Shown here: positions 47,415-54,688 of the stretch, piece after piece
How the letters are laid out: each line of letters starts with the position of its first letter
Position numbering within the stretch: position 1 is the stretch's first letter
Source: Candidatus Latescibacterota bacterium
GTDB lineage: Bacteria > Latescibacterota > CBDCVA01
NCBI GenBank assembly: GCA_965222935.1
Contig: CBDCVA010000001.1
Span: 196,093 to 260,092 of the forward strand
Length of the DNA stretch: 64,000 bases
Reading direction: 5' to 3'
Made by a program: the position numbers and the translations under genes
Notes under the pieces: generated by a model
Told to the model about the DNA's origin: nothing
Database searches by the model: none
What the model saw: the letters and a program-made list of their open reading frames with translations, nothing else

Positions 47415-48464
47415 TCACCCAGCAGCGTCCGGAGGCCGGTTCCCCGAGAATACGCTGATTATGCGGTCGACCGAGACCGCGCCGACCGCCGCCCCCGTTA
47501 CGTCCACCACCCGGACCTCCTTGCCCGGCGCTGATGTTGCCAGCGGTAAGGCGTCCTCCAGAGAGGTGCCGACCGGGCAATCCGGCCCGTCGAGTTCGGG
47601 CTTGACGGGCGCCATGATCGAATCGACGCGGATGACACGGCCCCGGTTGATGTTCTTGATGAACGCGGAGATGTAGGCATCGGCCGGCCGCAGGACGATG
47701 TCTTGGGAGTCGCCGTTCTGCACGATCTCGCCGTCGCGCAGAATCGCGATTCGGTCGCCGAGTTCGATTGCCTCTTCGAGATCGTGGGTGACGAACACTA
47801 TGGTCTTGTTCAGATCTCGTTGCAACTCCAGCAGCAACGCCTGCATGTCCGACCGGATCAGCGGATCGAGGGCGCTGAACGGTTCGTCCATCAACAGTAT
47901 CTCGGCGTCGGTCGCCAGCGCGCGGGCCAGTCCGACCCGCTGCTGCATGCCGCCCGAGAGGTGGTGGGGATAGGTTGCTTCGTAACCCGAAAGCTCGACC
48001 CGATCGATCCATTGCCCGGCGCGGCCGGCACGCTCGACGCCGGCGACGCCCTGCATTTCCAGACCGTAGCCGACGTTCTCCATCACGGTCCGGTGGGGCA
48101 GCAGCGCAAAACGCTGGAACACCATGCTGACCCGGTGCCGGCGGAGATGCTGGAGGGCGGCGCGGTCGAGTGCGAGCACGTCCTCGCCGCCGATCCGGAC
48201 CTCGCCCTCGGTCGGATCGATCAGACGGTTGACGTGGCGGATCAGCGTCGATTTGCCTGACCCGCTGAGACCCATGATCACCTGGACATGGCGCGGCGCG
48301 ATGCTCAGGTTGATGTCGCGCAGGCCCAGCACGTGGCCATGGGTTTCCAGCAAGTCCTTTTTGTCAACGCCCTCGTGGACGAGCGGCATCATGGCCGCGG
48401 GATCGGCGCCGAAGACCTTGTAAAGCCCGCGGATTTCGATTCTGTCGCCGGTCGTCATAGTCAT
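47415..48464 (-). CDS. proV: Glycine betaine/proline ABC transporter ATP-binding protein with C-terminal CBS pair (ProV/OpuAA)
   Basis: True start MTMTTGDRIEIRGLYKVFG at comp. 48464; Walker A GLSGSGKST, LSGGMQQRV signature, CBS domains. The 592-aa track ORF carries a ~240-aa artefactual N-terminal extension. Confidence 0.85.
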   Translation of the reverse strand: MTMTTGDRIEIRGLYKVFGADPAAMMPLVHEGVDKKDLLETHGHVLGLRDINLSIAPRHVQVIMGLSGSGKSTLIRHVNRLIDPTEGEVRIGGEDVLALDRAALQHLRRHRVSMVFQRFALLPHRTVMENVGYGLEMQGVAGVERAGRAGQWIDRVELSGYEATYPHHLSGGMQQRVGLARALATDAEILLMDEPFSALDPLIRSDMQALLLELQRDLNKTIVFVTHDLEEAIELGDRIAILRDGEIVQNGDSQDIVLRPADAYISAFIKNINRGRVIRVDSIMAPVKPELDGPDCPVGTSLEDALPLATSAPGKEVRVVDVTGAAVGAVSVDRIISVFSGNRPPDAAG

Positions 48465-49342
48465 GCTTGCCGCGCGGTCTGGATGCGCCGGCCGTAGCTC
48501 TGCGTGATCCTGTCGAACACGATCGCCAGCCCGACGACGGCAGCGCCGTTGAACAGGCCGAGCGCGAAATACTGGTTGGTGACCGCCTGGAGCACCGGTT
48601 GACCGAGGCCCTTGACGCCGATCATGGAGGCGATCACCACCATCGAGAGCGCCATCATGATGGTCTGGTTCACCCCGGCCATGATGTTGGGAAGCGCGAG
48701 CGGCAACTGGACGCCGAAGAGCCGCCGCCACGTGTCGGCGCCGAACGCGTCGGCGGCTTCCAGCACTTCCTTGTCGACCAGCCGGATGCCCAGATTGGTG
48801 AGCCGGATGACCGGCGGCACGGCATAGATCACCACTGCGATCAGCCCCGGTATCTTGCCGAGGCCGAACAGCATGACCACCGGGATTAGATAGACGAAGA
48901 TCGGCATCGTCTGCATGATGTCGAGGATCGGCGTCATGATCGCCTGCACCCGGTCCGAACGCGACATCGCGATCCCGAGCGGGATGCCGATCATGATGGC
49001 AAAGAGCGTGGAGACCAAGATGATGACGAGGGTCCGCATCATATTGTCCCACATGCCGAGAAAGCCAATCGCGAAGAAGGCGATGCCGACGCCGGCGGTC
49101 AGCCGCCTGCTCCGGCTGGCGAAGAAGCACAGCCCCGCGATGGAGGCGATAACCAGCCACCAGGGCGTACCGAGCAGAAACCGCTCGAACCACACCAGAG
49201 TGTAGAGCAGCGGATCGAAAAAGCTCTCGATGGTGTCGCCGTAGGACCTAGAGAAGGCGCGGTACGCCGCGTCGAACGACTTGTGGATAGCCCGCAACGA
49301 GCCTTGCTCGAGGGTCGGGAATTCCACAATCCATTCGATCAC
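48461..49342 (-). CDS. proW: Glycine betaine/proline ABC transporter permease (ProW/OpuAB)
   Basis: 293-aa polytopic permease with an EAA-like loop; stop overlaps the proV start. Confidence 0.85.
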   Translation of the reverse strand: MIEWIVEFPTLEQGSLRAIHKSFDAAYRAFSRSYGDTIESFFDPLLYTLVWFERFLLGTPWWLVIASIAGLCFFASRSRRLTAGVGIAFFAIGFLGMWDNMMRTLVIILVSTLFAIMIGIPLGIAMSRSDRVQAIMTPILDIMQTMPIFVYLIPVVMLFGLGKIPGLIAVVIYAVPPVIRLTNLGIRLVDKEVLEAADAFGADTWRRLFGVQLPLALPNIMAGVNQTIMMALSMVVIASMIGVKGLGQPVLQAVTNQYFALGLFNGAAVVGLAIVFDRITQSYGRRIQTARQA

Positions 49343-49451
49343 GATTCAGTCTCCCCGATAAATCTCGGCTTGCACGAATTCCACATACCCCGCCGCTGGC
49401 GCCCGCGAAGGGGCCGAGGCTGGATGGGTCCGCGCCGGCCGTCGGACGGGC

Positions 49452-50444
49452 TTAGAGACCCGCTTTCACCTTCGCAGTGACATCCGCGGGCACCCAGGCG
49501 CTCCAGACCGCCTCGTGGTTTTTGAGAAAGTACTCGGCGGTCTCCCGAGGAGTCGCCTGATTCTCGTCTTTCCAAGCCAGCAGGCCCTTCAGGAACGCGT
49601 TCGACCAGGAGACGTTAGAGACGAACTCGTACGCGTCGGGCACCCGGTTCGCGAAGCTGGACGTGACTACCGACATCACCATCGATTTCGGATACATGTT
49701 CGGCTTCGGGTCGGCGCAATCCTTGTCTACGACGCACGGCCAAGTCGCGGGATCGTACGTCATCCCACCAAGCTTGACCATCGGGTACTTGCTGAGCAGG
49801 GTCGTCGGCGCCCAATAGTAGGCGAAGATCGACTGCTTGCGCTCATAGGCATGGGCAATCGCGCCCGCCAGCCCCTCGCCGGACCCGGGGTCGAACAGGG
49901 TGAACCCGGCCTCTTTCATGCGGTAGGCCTTGTAAAGGTTGCCGTTGATGATCTGGCAGGCCCAGCCCGACGGGCAGTCATAGAACCGGCCCATGCCCGG
50001 CTCCTCCTTGTCGGGAAACAGGTCGGGCCGCTCGAGGACCGCCTGCAGGGTGGTCAACTCCGGGTTGTCCTTCACCACATAGTCCGGAACCCACCAGCCC
50101 TCTTCGCCGCCATCCGACAGGATCTCGCCGGCAATCTTGAGACGGCCTTCGGCGACCGCCTTCTCGACGACCTCGCGCACCGAATTGATCCAGATCTCGG
50201 GCGCGATATCGGGCTCGTTCTTTTCCGTCATGGAGGTGACCGTCGGCACGGTATCACCGGGCACGAGCTCCGATTCGCAACCGTAACCCTTGGCCAGGAT
50301 GATATCCTCGACGTGGGCCGCGACCGCGGCTGAGGCCCAAGTCATCTCGGCAATCGTCACCTTGCCGCAGGCCACATCGGCACCCCATGCAAGGCCAGGA
50401 GCCATCAAAGCCGCCACGAGTAGTAATCCTGATCTCTTCACCAT
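49452..50444 (-). CDS. proX: Glycine betaine ABC transporter substrate-binding protein (ProX/OpuAC)
   Basis: Start MVKRSGLLLVAALMAPGLAWGAD (signal peptide) at comp. 50444; ProX-family pattern. The 60 N-terminal residues of the track ORF are a TTG-initiated artefact. Confidence 0.8.
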   Translation of the reverse strand: MVKRSGLLLVAALMAPGLAWGADVACGKVTIAEMTWASAAVAAHVEDIILAKGYGCESELVPGDTVPTVTSMTEKNEPDIAPEIWINSVREVVEKAVAEGRLKIAGEILSDGGEEGWWVPDYVVKDNPELTTLQAVLERPDLFPDKEEPGMGRFYDCPSGWACQIINGNLYKAYRMKEAGFTLFDPGSGEGLAGAIAHAYERKQSIFAYYWAPTTLLSKYPMVKLGGMTYDPATWPCVVDKDCADPKPNMYPKSMVMSVVTSSFANRVPDAYEFVSNVSWSNAFLKGLLAWKDENQATPRETAEYFLKNHEAVWSAWVPADVTAKVKAGL

Positions 50445-50518
50445 CGAACTTACCTCCCTTGGTTTAAGACACCGCTGCGTGGATCCACCGGCACGGCGAA
50501 CCCCGTTCCTCTCCCATC

Positions 50519-50541
50519 TATAATATACCGCAATATACCGC
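50519..50541 (-). promoter_or_regulatory. Candidate promoter/operator upstream of proXWV: TATAAT-like box plus tandem ATATACCGC x2 (10-bp period)
   Basis: ctataatATACCGCaatATACCGCgag sits 75-100 nt upstream of the proX start; the tandem repeat is seen in sequence. Confidence 0.3.
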
Positions 50542-50578
50542 GAGCCTCCCAATGGCAATCCTGGGTTCGCGCCCTGTC

Positions 50579-50607
50579 GGTTCCCCCGCCCGCGCGGGGA
50601 TAGCCCC
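50579..50607 (+). repeat. Solitary type I-E-like CRISPR repeat (GGTTCCCCCGCCCGCGCGGGGATAGCCCC)
   Basis: Best-preserved copy of the repeat family at 45636 and 52057, with the same palindromic core. No neighbouring repeat at a 61-nt period. Confidence 0.5.
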
Positions 50608-50650
50608 AGGATGGGTGTCCACAAGGGACGCCCCTACAGGACAGGAGATG

Positions 50651-51475
50651 CTACGGCTTGCGTCCTATCGCCTCTCCCCAGGCGAGGGCGGCGAATGCAC
50701 CGGGGGTATCCTTCCACTGATCGAGCATACGGCGCCAGTCATCGAACTGCTCTTGACTTGCCAGCCCGTGTTTCGTGGCCGCTTCCACGGTATCGGGAGA
50801 GAAGAACCAGCCGATGACGAAACCGTGAAGAAAGTCGATGTCCCCGGTCGTGCTGTAGGATTCAAATGAAGTGCTCGCGTGGATGTCCGAGAACCCGGCT
50901 TCGAGAAACGTACGCTTCAGTTCCTTCCCCATCTGGGGGTGGCCCCCGTTGGCCTCGAGAAGGTTCGAGAACGTCGTCCACGCACCGCGGAGATCGTCGA
51001 GTTCGGGTTCGAAAAACGACGAGGCGCTAATCAGTTCCCGGCTGGAGAGGATACCCCCGGGCTTCAACACCCGCTTCACCTCGGCCAGGGCAGCCTGCGT
51101 GTCCGGAACGTGCATGAGCAGGGCGTGGCAGTGGGCGACATCGAACGAGCCGTCTTCATAGGGAAGATCGGTCACATCGCCTGTCTGGAATACCGCGTTG
51201 TCGTGCCCGCCGGCCGACGCGGCGGCCCGGGCCATCTCGATCTGCGACGCTTCCATCTCGATGCCGTGCAACTCTCCGGGTTCCACCGCTTTTGCGAGCC
51301 CCACCGAAATCGTTCCGGGACCGCAACCGAAGTCGAGAACGCGGAGACCGGGCTCGAGGTACGGGAGCAGATGCGCGGCATTGGTCGTTGCGCTCCGGCG
51401 GCTGAGCAGTTTCTGAAACTCGTCACTGTAACCCATGGTGTAGGTGGGCGTATCCGGGGTCCTGTTGTCAGTCAT
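50651..51475 (-). CDS. Class I SAM-dependent methyltransferase
   Basis: Motif I VLDFGCGPGTIS and post-I/II motifs; 274 aa. Confidence 0.75.
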   Translation of the reverse strand: MTDNRTPDTPTYTMGYSDEFQKLLSRRSATTNAAHLLPYLEPGLRVLDFGCGPGTISVGLAKAVEPGELHGIEMEASQIEMARAAASAGGHDNAVFQTGDVTDLPYEDGSFDVAHCHALLMHVPDTQAALAEVKRVLKPGGILSSRELISASSFFEPELDDLRGAWTTFSNLLEANGGHPQMGKELKRTFLEAGFSDIHASTSFESYSTTGDIDFLHGFVIGWFFSPDTVEAATKHGLASQEQFDDWRRMLDQWKDTPGAFAALAWGEAIGRKP

Positions 51476-51502
51476 GGGTCGCTCCTTATGCGTGCTGCCG
51501 GC

Positions 51503-51703
51503 TCATGATCGTCGGGGCGCCCGCACCTCGACGATGCCGCACGCCTGCGTACCCTGCTCACGGAAGGCGCGGTTCACGCGCACCGGTGTCAGCGCGATCC
51601 GGCCGTTCTCTGCGGTGACGTCGAAATACTCGGTTCTCTTCACGGCCGGGATCAACGCCTTCGGCAGGGTCAACGGGTTCTTGGAGGTCGGTTTGGGGAG
51701 CAT
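51503..51703 (-). CDS. Small SpoVT/AbrB-like (VapB/MazE-type antitoxin-like) DNA-binding protein, orphan
   Basis: 66 aa; MLPKPTSKNPLTLPKALIPAV...GRIALTPV fits the swapped-hairpin K.TSKGQ.T.PK... pattern. The rest of the 233-aa track ORF is noise. Confidence 0.35.
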   Translation of the reverse strand: MLPKPTSKNPLTLPKALIPAVKRTEYFDVTAENGRIALTPVRVNRAFREQGTQACGIVEVRAPRRS

Positions 51704-52056
51704 GGCAAGCGCTCCGATTGAGAATATAAGCGAACCATAGGTCCTTACAAATTCCACGACAGGAATGGCGTCGATAGCCGCCTCCGCGTACGAGCGCCGC
51801 GCCGTGGGCGCTCGTACTGCGGCACTGCGTCGGGCCGCTTCTTGGCGCCCTCGCCAATGATCGCCTGACGACATCGTCCTCTCCGATGCGAGCTCGACGG
51901 CATACGATGGCTGTCGGTCGGTTTGCTCGGCGGAGTTCATATCCTTCTGACCGTCCGAGGCGCCCTGTCGGCGATGTGTGCTTCCTCGGCGAACTGGGCA
52001 TAAGGCGACTGGTTCGGGTTGATGGAGATCAGGCGCAGTCGGTGCGGGCCTGTCAT

Positions 52057-52085
52057 GGTTTCCCCGCCCGCACGGAGATAGACCC
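52057..52085 (+). repeat. Degenerate type I-E-like CRISPR repeat (GGTTTCCCCGCCCGCACGGAGATAGACCC)
   Basis: 24/29 identical to the repeat at 50579; directly followed by copy B of the 60-bp direct repeat. Confidence 0.4.
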
Positions 52086-52092
52086 TGACCGT

Positions 52093-52152
52093 GATGAGAC
52101 GTACATCCTGGGCCCGTCGAAGGATAAGTGCCTCCTAGTCGCCGAGATCGGA
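52093..52152 (+). repeat. 60-bp direct repeat copy B
   Basis: See copy A at 45571-45630. Confidence 0.6.
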
Positions 52153-52227
52153 GATGTGTCCTTGCGTGGGGTGGTTGAGGCGCGTATTTTTCGGAGCGTG
52201 ACAAGCGTGTGTGCTCGATGGCGGCGA

Positions 52228-52815
52228 ATGGGCTGCTTCGGCAGGTGGTGGGTTACGCTGGTTACCTCCATTGGGGTTTTGGCGATGGCGTGTGCATCTG
52301 AGCGTGAGCGGGCCGAGATCGGTGACGCCGGTGAGGTGGCAATCCTTGAGACGTCGGCGGGGCGGATCGTCTTGCAGTTCCACGAGGAAGATGCCCCGCG
52401 CCACGTCGGAAACTTCAAGAAGCTCGCCCGGTCGGGTTTTTATGACGGCACGTACTTTCACAGGGTTATCCCGGGTTTTATGGTCCAGGGGGGCGACCCC
52501 AACACTAAGGATGACGACCGTACAAACGATGGGCAGGGCGGCCCCGGATACGCGATTGAGGCGGAGTTCAACGCCCGCAAGCATGTGCGTGGCACCCTTT
52601 CGATGGCGCGCTCGCGCGGCATTCACACGGCCGGATCACAGTTCTTCATCTGCGTGGCGAATGCGCCCCATCTCGACGGTCAGTACACGGCGTTCGGGCA
52701 CGTGCAGGAGGGCATGGAGACCGTGGACGAGATCGTCAGCGTGCCGCGCGACCGTCGGGATAATCCTCTGGAGCCGATTTACCTAGAGCGGGTCACCGTT
52801 ACGAGCTCGCCTTAA
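52228..52815 (+). CDS. Peptidyl-prolyl cis-trans isomerase, cyclophilin type (secreted/lipoprotein)
   Basis: Start at MGCFGRWWVTLVTSIGVLAMACAS (signal/lipobox-like); cyclophilin motifs (FHRVIPGFMVQGGD, SMAR, GSQFFI). The upstream 114 codons of the track ORF overlap the repeat region and are not coding. Confidence 0.8.
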   Translation: MGCFGRWWVTLVTSIGVLAMACASERERAEIGDAGEVAILETSAGRIVLQFHEEDAPRHVGNFKKLARSGFYDGTYFHRVIPGFMVQGGDPNTKDDDRTNDGQGGPGYAIEAEFNARKHVRGTLSMARSRGIHTAGSQFFICVANAPHLDGQYTAFGHVQEGMETVDEIVSVPRDRRDNPLEPIYLERVTVTSSP

Positions 52816-52822
52816 AGCGCAG

Positions 52823-53650
52823 ATGGCAGCGGCGATGAGCTATTATTACGGGCGGTCGGGTATGACCTTCGGCGGCGGAGCACTGACCCCAGTGGTCAAG
52901 CTCCTTTTGATCGCCAATGCCGCGATCTTCCTCTTGGAGTGGGTGTTCGATTACGGCCTTATCGTCCACTATTTTGGCGTCACACCGGCTCTGGTTCTTG
53001 GCCGCGGCATGCTCTGGCAGGTCGTCACCTACATGTTCCTACATGGTGGCGTGTGGCACCTGGCCTTCAACATGCTGTGGCTGTGGATGTTCGGCTGTCG
53101 CATCGAGCGCGCCTGGGGTTCGCGCGATTTCCTGAAGTATTACGCCGTCACCGGCATCGGTGCGGGCCTTGCGACGGTCATCCTCTCGCCTGGTTCGGTC
53201 GCGCCCACCATCGGCGCCTCGGGAGCGGTCTTCGGCATCCTGATGGCCTATGCGTTGATGTTCCCCGAGGACCTGGTCTGGATCTTCGGCATCATTCCCC
53301 TTAAGGCCAAGCACTTGGTGCTGATCATCGGCGGCATTGAGCTCCTTCAGACCGTCCAGTACTCGCAATCGGACGGCATCGGACGTTTCGCGCACCTCGG
53401 CGGCATGGCCGTCGGCTACGTGTACCTGAAGAAGTTCTGGCGGTTGACCGTCTTCTTCGAACGCTGGCGCCACAGGCGCGCCCGGCATCACCTACGGGTC
53501 ATCCGGCGGCAGGAGGTCGAGGGTGAGAACGTGCGCGAGGTCGTGGACGCGATCTTGGACAAGATCGCACGCGAAGGGGCGAGCAGTCTGACCGAGCGCG
53601 AGCGCCGCATCCTCGACGACGCCAGCACCTTCTATCGCGAGTCCGGGTGA
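52823..53650 (+). CDS. Rhomboid family intramembrane serine protease
   Basis: GASGAVFG catalytic Ser motif, conserved His in a distal TM helix, cytoplasmic C-terminal extension. Confidence 0.75.
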   Translation: MAAAMSYYYGRSGMTFGGGALTPVVKLLLIANAAIFLLEWVFDYGLIVHYFGVTPALVLGRGMLWQVVTYMFLHGGVWHLAFNMLWLWMFGCRIERAWGSRDFLKYYAVTGIGAGLATVILSPGSVAPTIGASGAVFGILMAYALMFPEDLVWIFGIIPLKAKHLVLIIGGIELLQTVQYSQSDGIGRFAHLGGMAVGYVYLKKFWRLTVFFERWRHRRARHHLRVIRRQEVEGENVREVVDAILDKIAREGASSLTERERRILDDASTFYRESG

Positions 53651-53680
53651 AACAACTCCTTCGGATGAGACCTTGCTGAG

Positions 53681-54604
53681 TTGGCCCCGGCCGCCTTGCC
53701 CGGCCCGCATCTCCACAGCGAAGTTGGTCGTCCGGATCCGGTGGCTGTTCCCCTTATGAACGCGGCCGACCACGGGCGACGTTTTCCGCTCTACGGCTGG
53801 GCCGGTCTCGTGGCCATCATCCTGGCCGAGGTGTTGCTAGCCATGGGGGTCCGGTTCATCGGGCTCTGGATGACGCCGATCTGCTGGTACGGTTACATCC
53901 TCCTCGCCGATGGGCTCGTCGAGAAGCTGCGCGGCGGCTCAATGATCACCTCGTGGCGACGGCCATTTCTGTGGATGTTCCCGATTTCCGCCGGTCTTTG
54001 GGTCATCTTCGAGTTCTACAACCTTTTCCTTGACAACTGGCACTACGTTGGTCTTTACGAGTCGCGCTTGTTGCGCTACACGGCCTATGCCCTGGCGTTT
54101 GCCACCATCACCCCCGGCATCATGGAGACGCGCGACCTCGTTACCGCCCTCACCGGTTGGGACCGCTGGCGAACGCGCCCGTGGGTCGTTTCCGACGACG
54201 CCATCCGCGTTTTCATCGTGATGGGCCTGGCCATGGTGATTCTGCCCTTGGCCTATCCCTCTCGCTATGTGTTCGCGCCCGTCTGGGGGGGGTTCGTCCT
54301 TTTGTGCGACCCCCTGAACTATCTTTTGCGCCGACCCTCCTTACTGGGCGATCTCGCCGAGGGCAAACCGGGGCGGATAGTTGCGCTTTTGGTCGCGGGC
54401 GGCGTATGCGGCTTTCTGTGGGAGTTCTGGAACTATTGGGCGGTCACCAAATGGATCTACACCGTGCCCTTCACGGAGAACATCAAGATCTTCGAGATGC
54501 CGCTTCTGGGCTTCGTCGGCTTTTTCCCATTCGCCTGGGAGTGCTTCTGCATGTATCACCTGGTCGCTGGCGCTCGGGATTTCACCCTTCCTCAGGTGAG
54601 ATGA
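53681..54604 (+). CDS. Hypothetical polytopic membrane protein
   Basis: Multiple hydrophobic helices rich in Trp/Phe; real start probably internal (MNAADHG, ~53756). Confidence 0.4.
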   Translation: MAPAALPGPHLHSEVGRPDPVAVPLMNAADHGRRFPLYGWAGLVAIILAEVLLAMGVRFIGLWMTPICWYGYILLADGLVEKLRGGSMITSWRRPFLWMFPISAGLWVIFEFYNLFLDNWHYVGLYESRLLRYTAYALAFATITPGIMETRDLVTALTGWDRWRTRPWVVSDDAIRVFIVMGLAMVILPLAYPSRYVFAPVWGGFVLLCDPLNYLLRRPSLLGDLAEGKPGRIVALLVAGGVCGFLWEFWNYWAVTKWIYTVPFTENIKIFEMPLLGFVGFFPFAWECFCMYHLVAGARDFTLPQVR

Positions 54605-54688
54605 CTCGATTGGTCGTCGACCGCGAATGCAGCGGGGCATAGCGCCGCTTAGGGCTTCGCCAGAACCCATTTCGCTCCCTTCCCGTCG

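Noticed and set aside
47415-49193. 592-aa ORF for the betaine transporter ATPase
   Set aside because: The N-terminal ~240 residues are junk overlapping the real ProW permease gene. The true start is MTMTTGDRIEIRGLYKVFG at comp. 48464, abutting the proW stop.
50545-50578. Additional CRISPR repeats flanking the solitary repeat at 50579
   Set aside because: Sequence 61 nt upstream and downstream shows no CCCCGC…GCGGGG core, so this is a lone repeat, not an array.
51503-52204. 233-aa minus-strand ORF spanning 51503-52204
   Set aside because: Only the C-terminal 66 aa show a protein-like (AbrB/VapB-like) pattern; the remainder is Arg/Pro-rich and overlaps the CRISPR-repeat/60-mer region.
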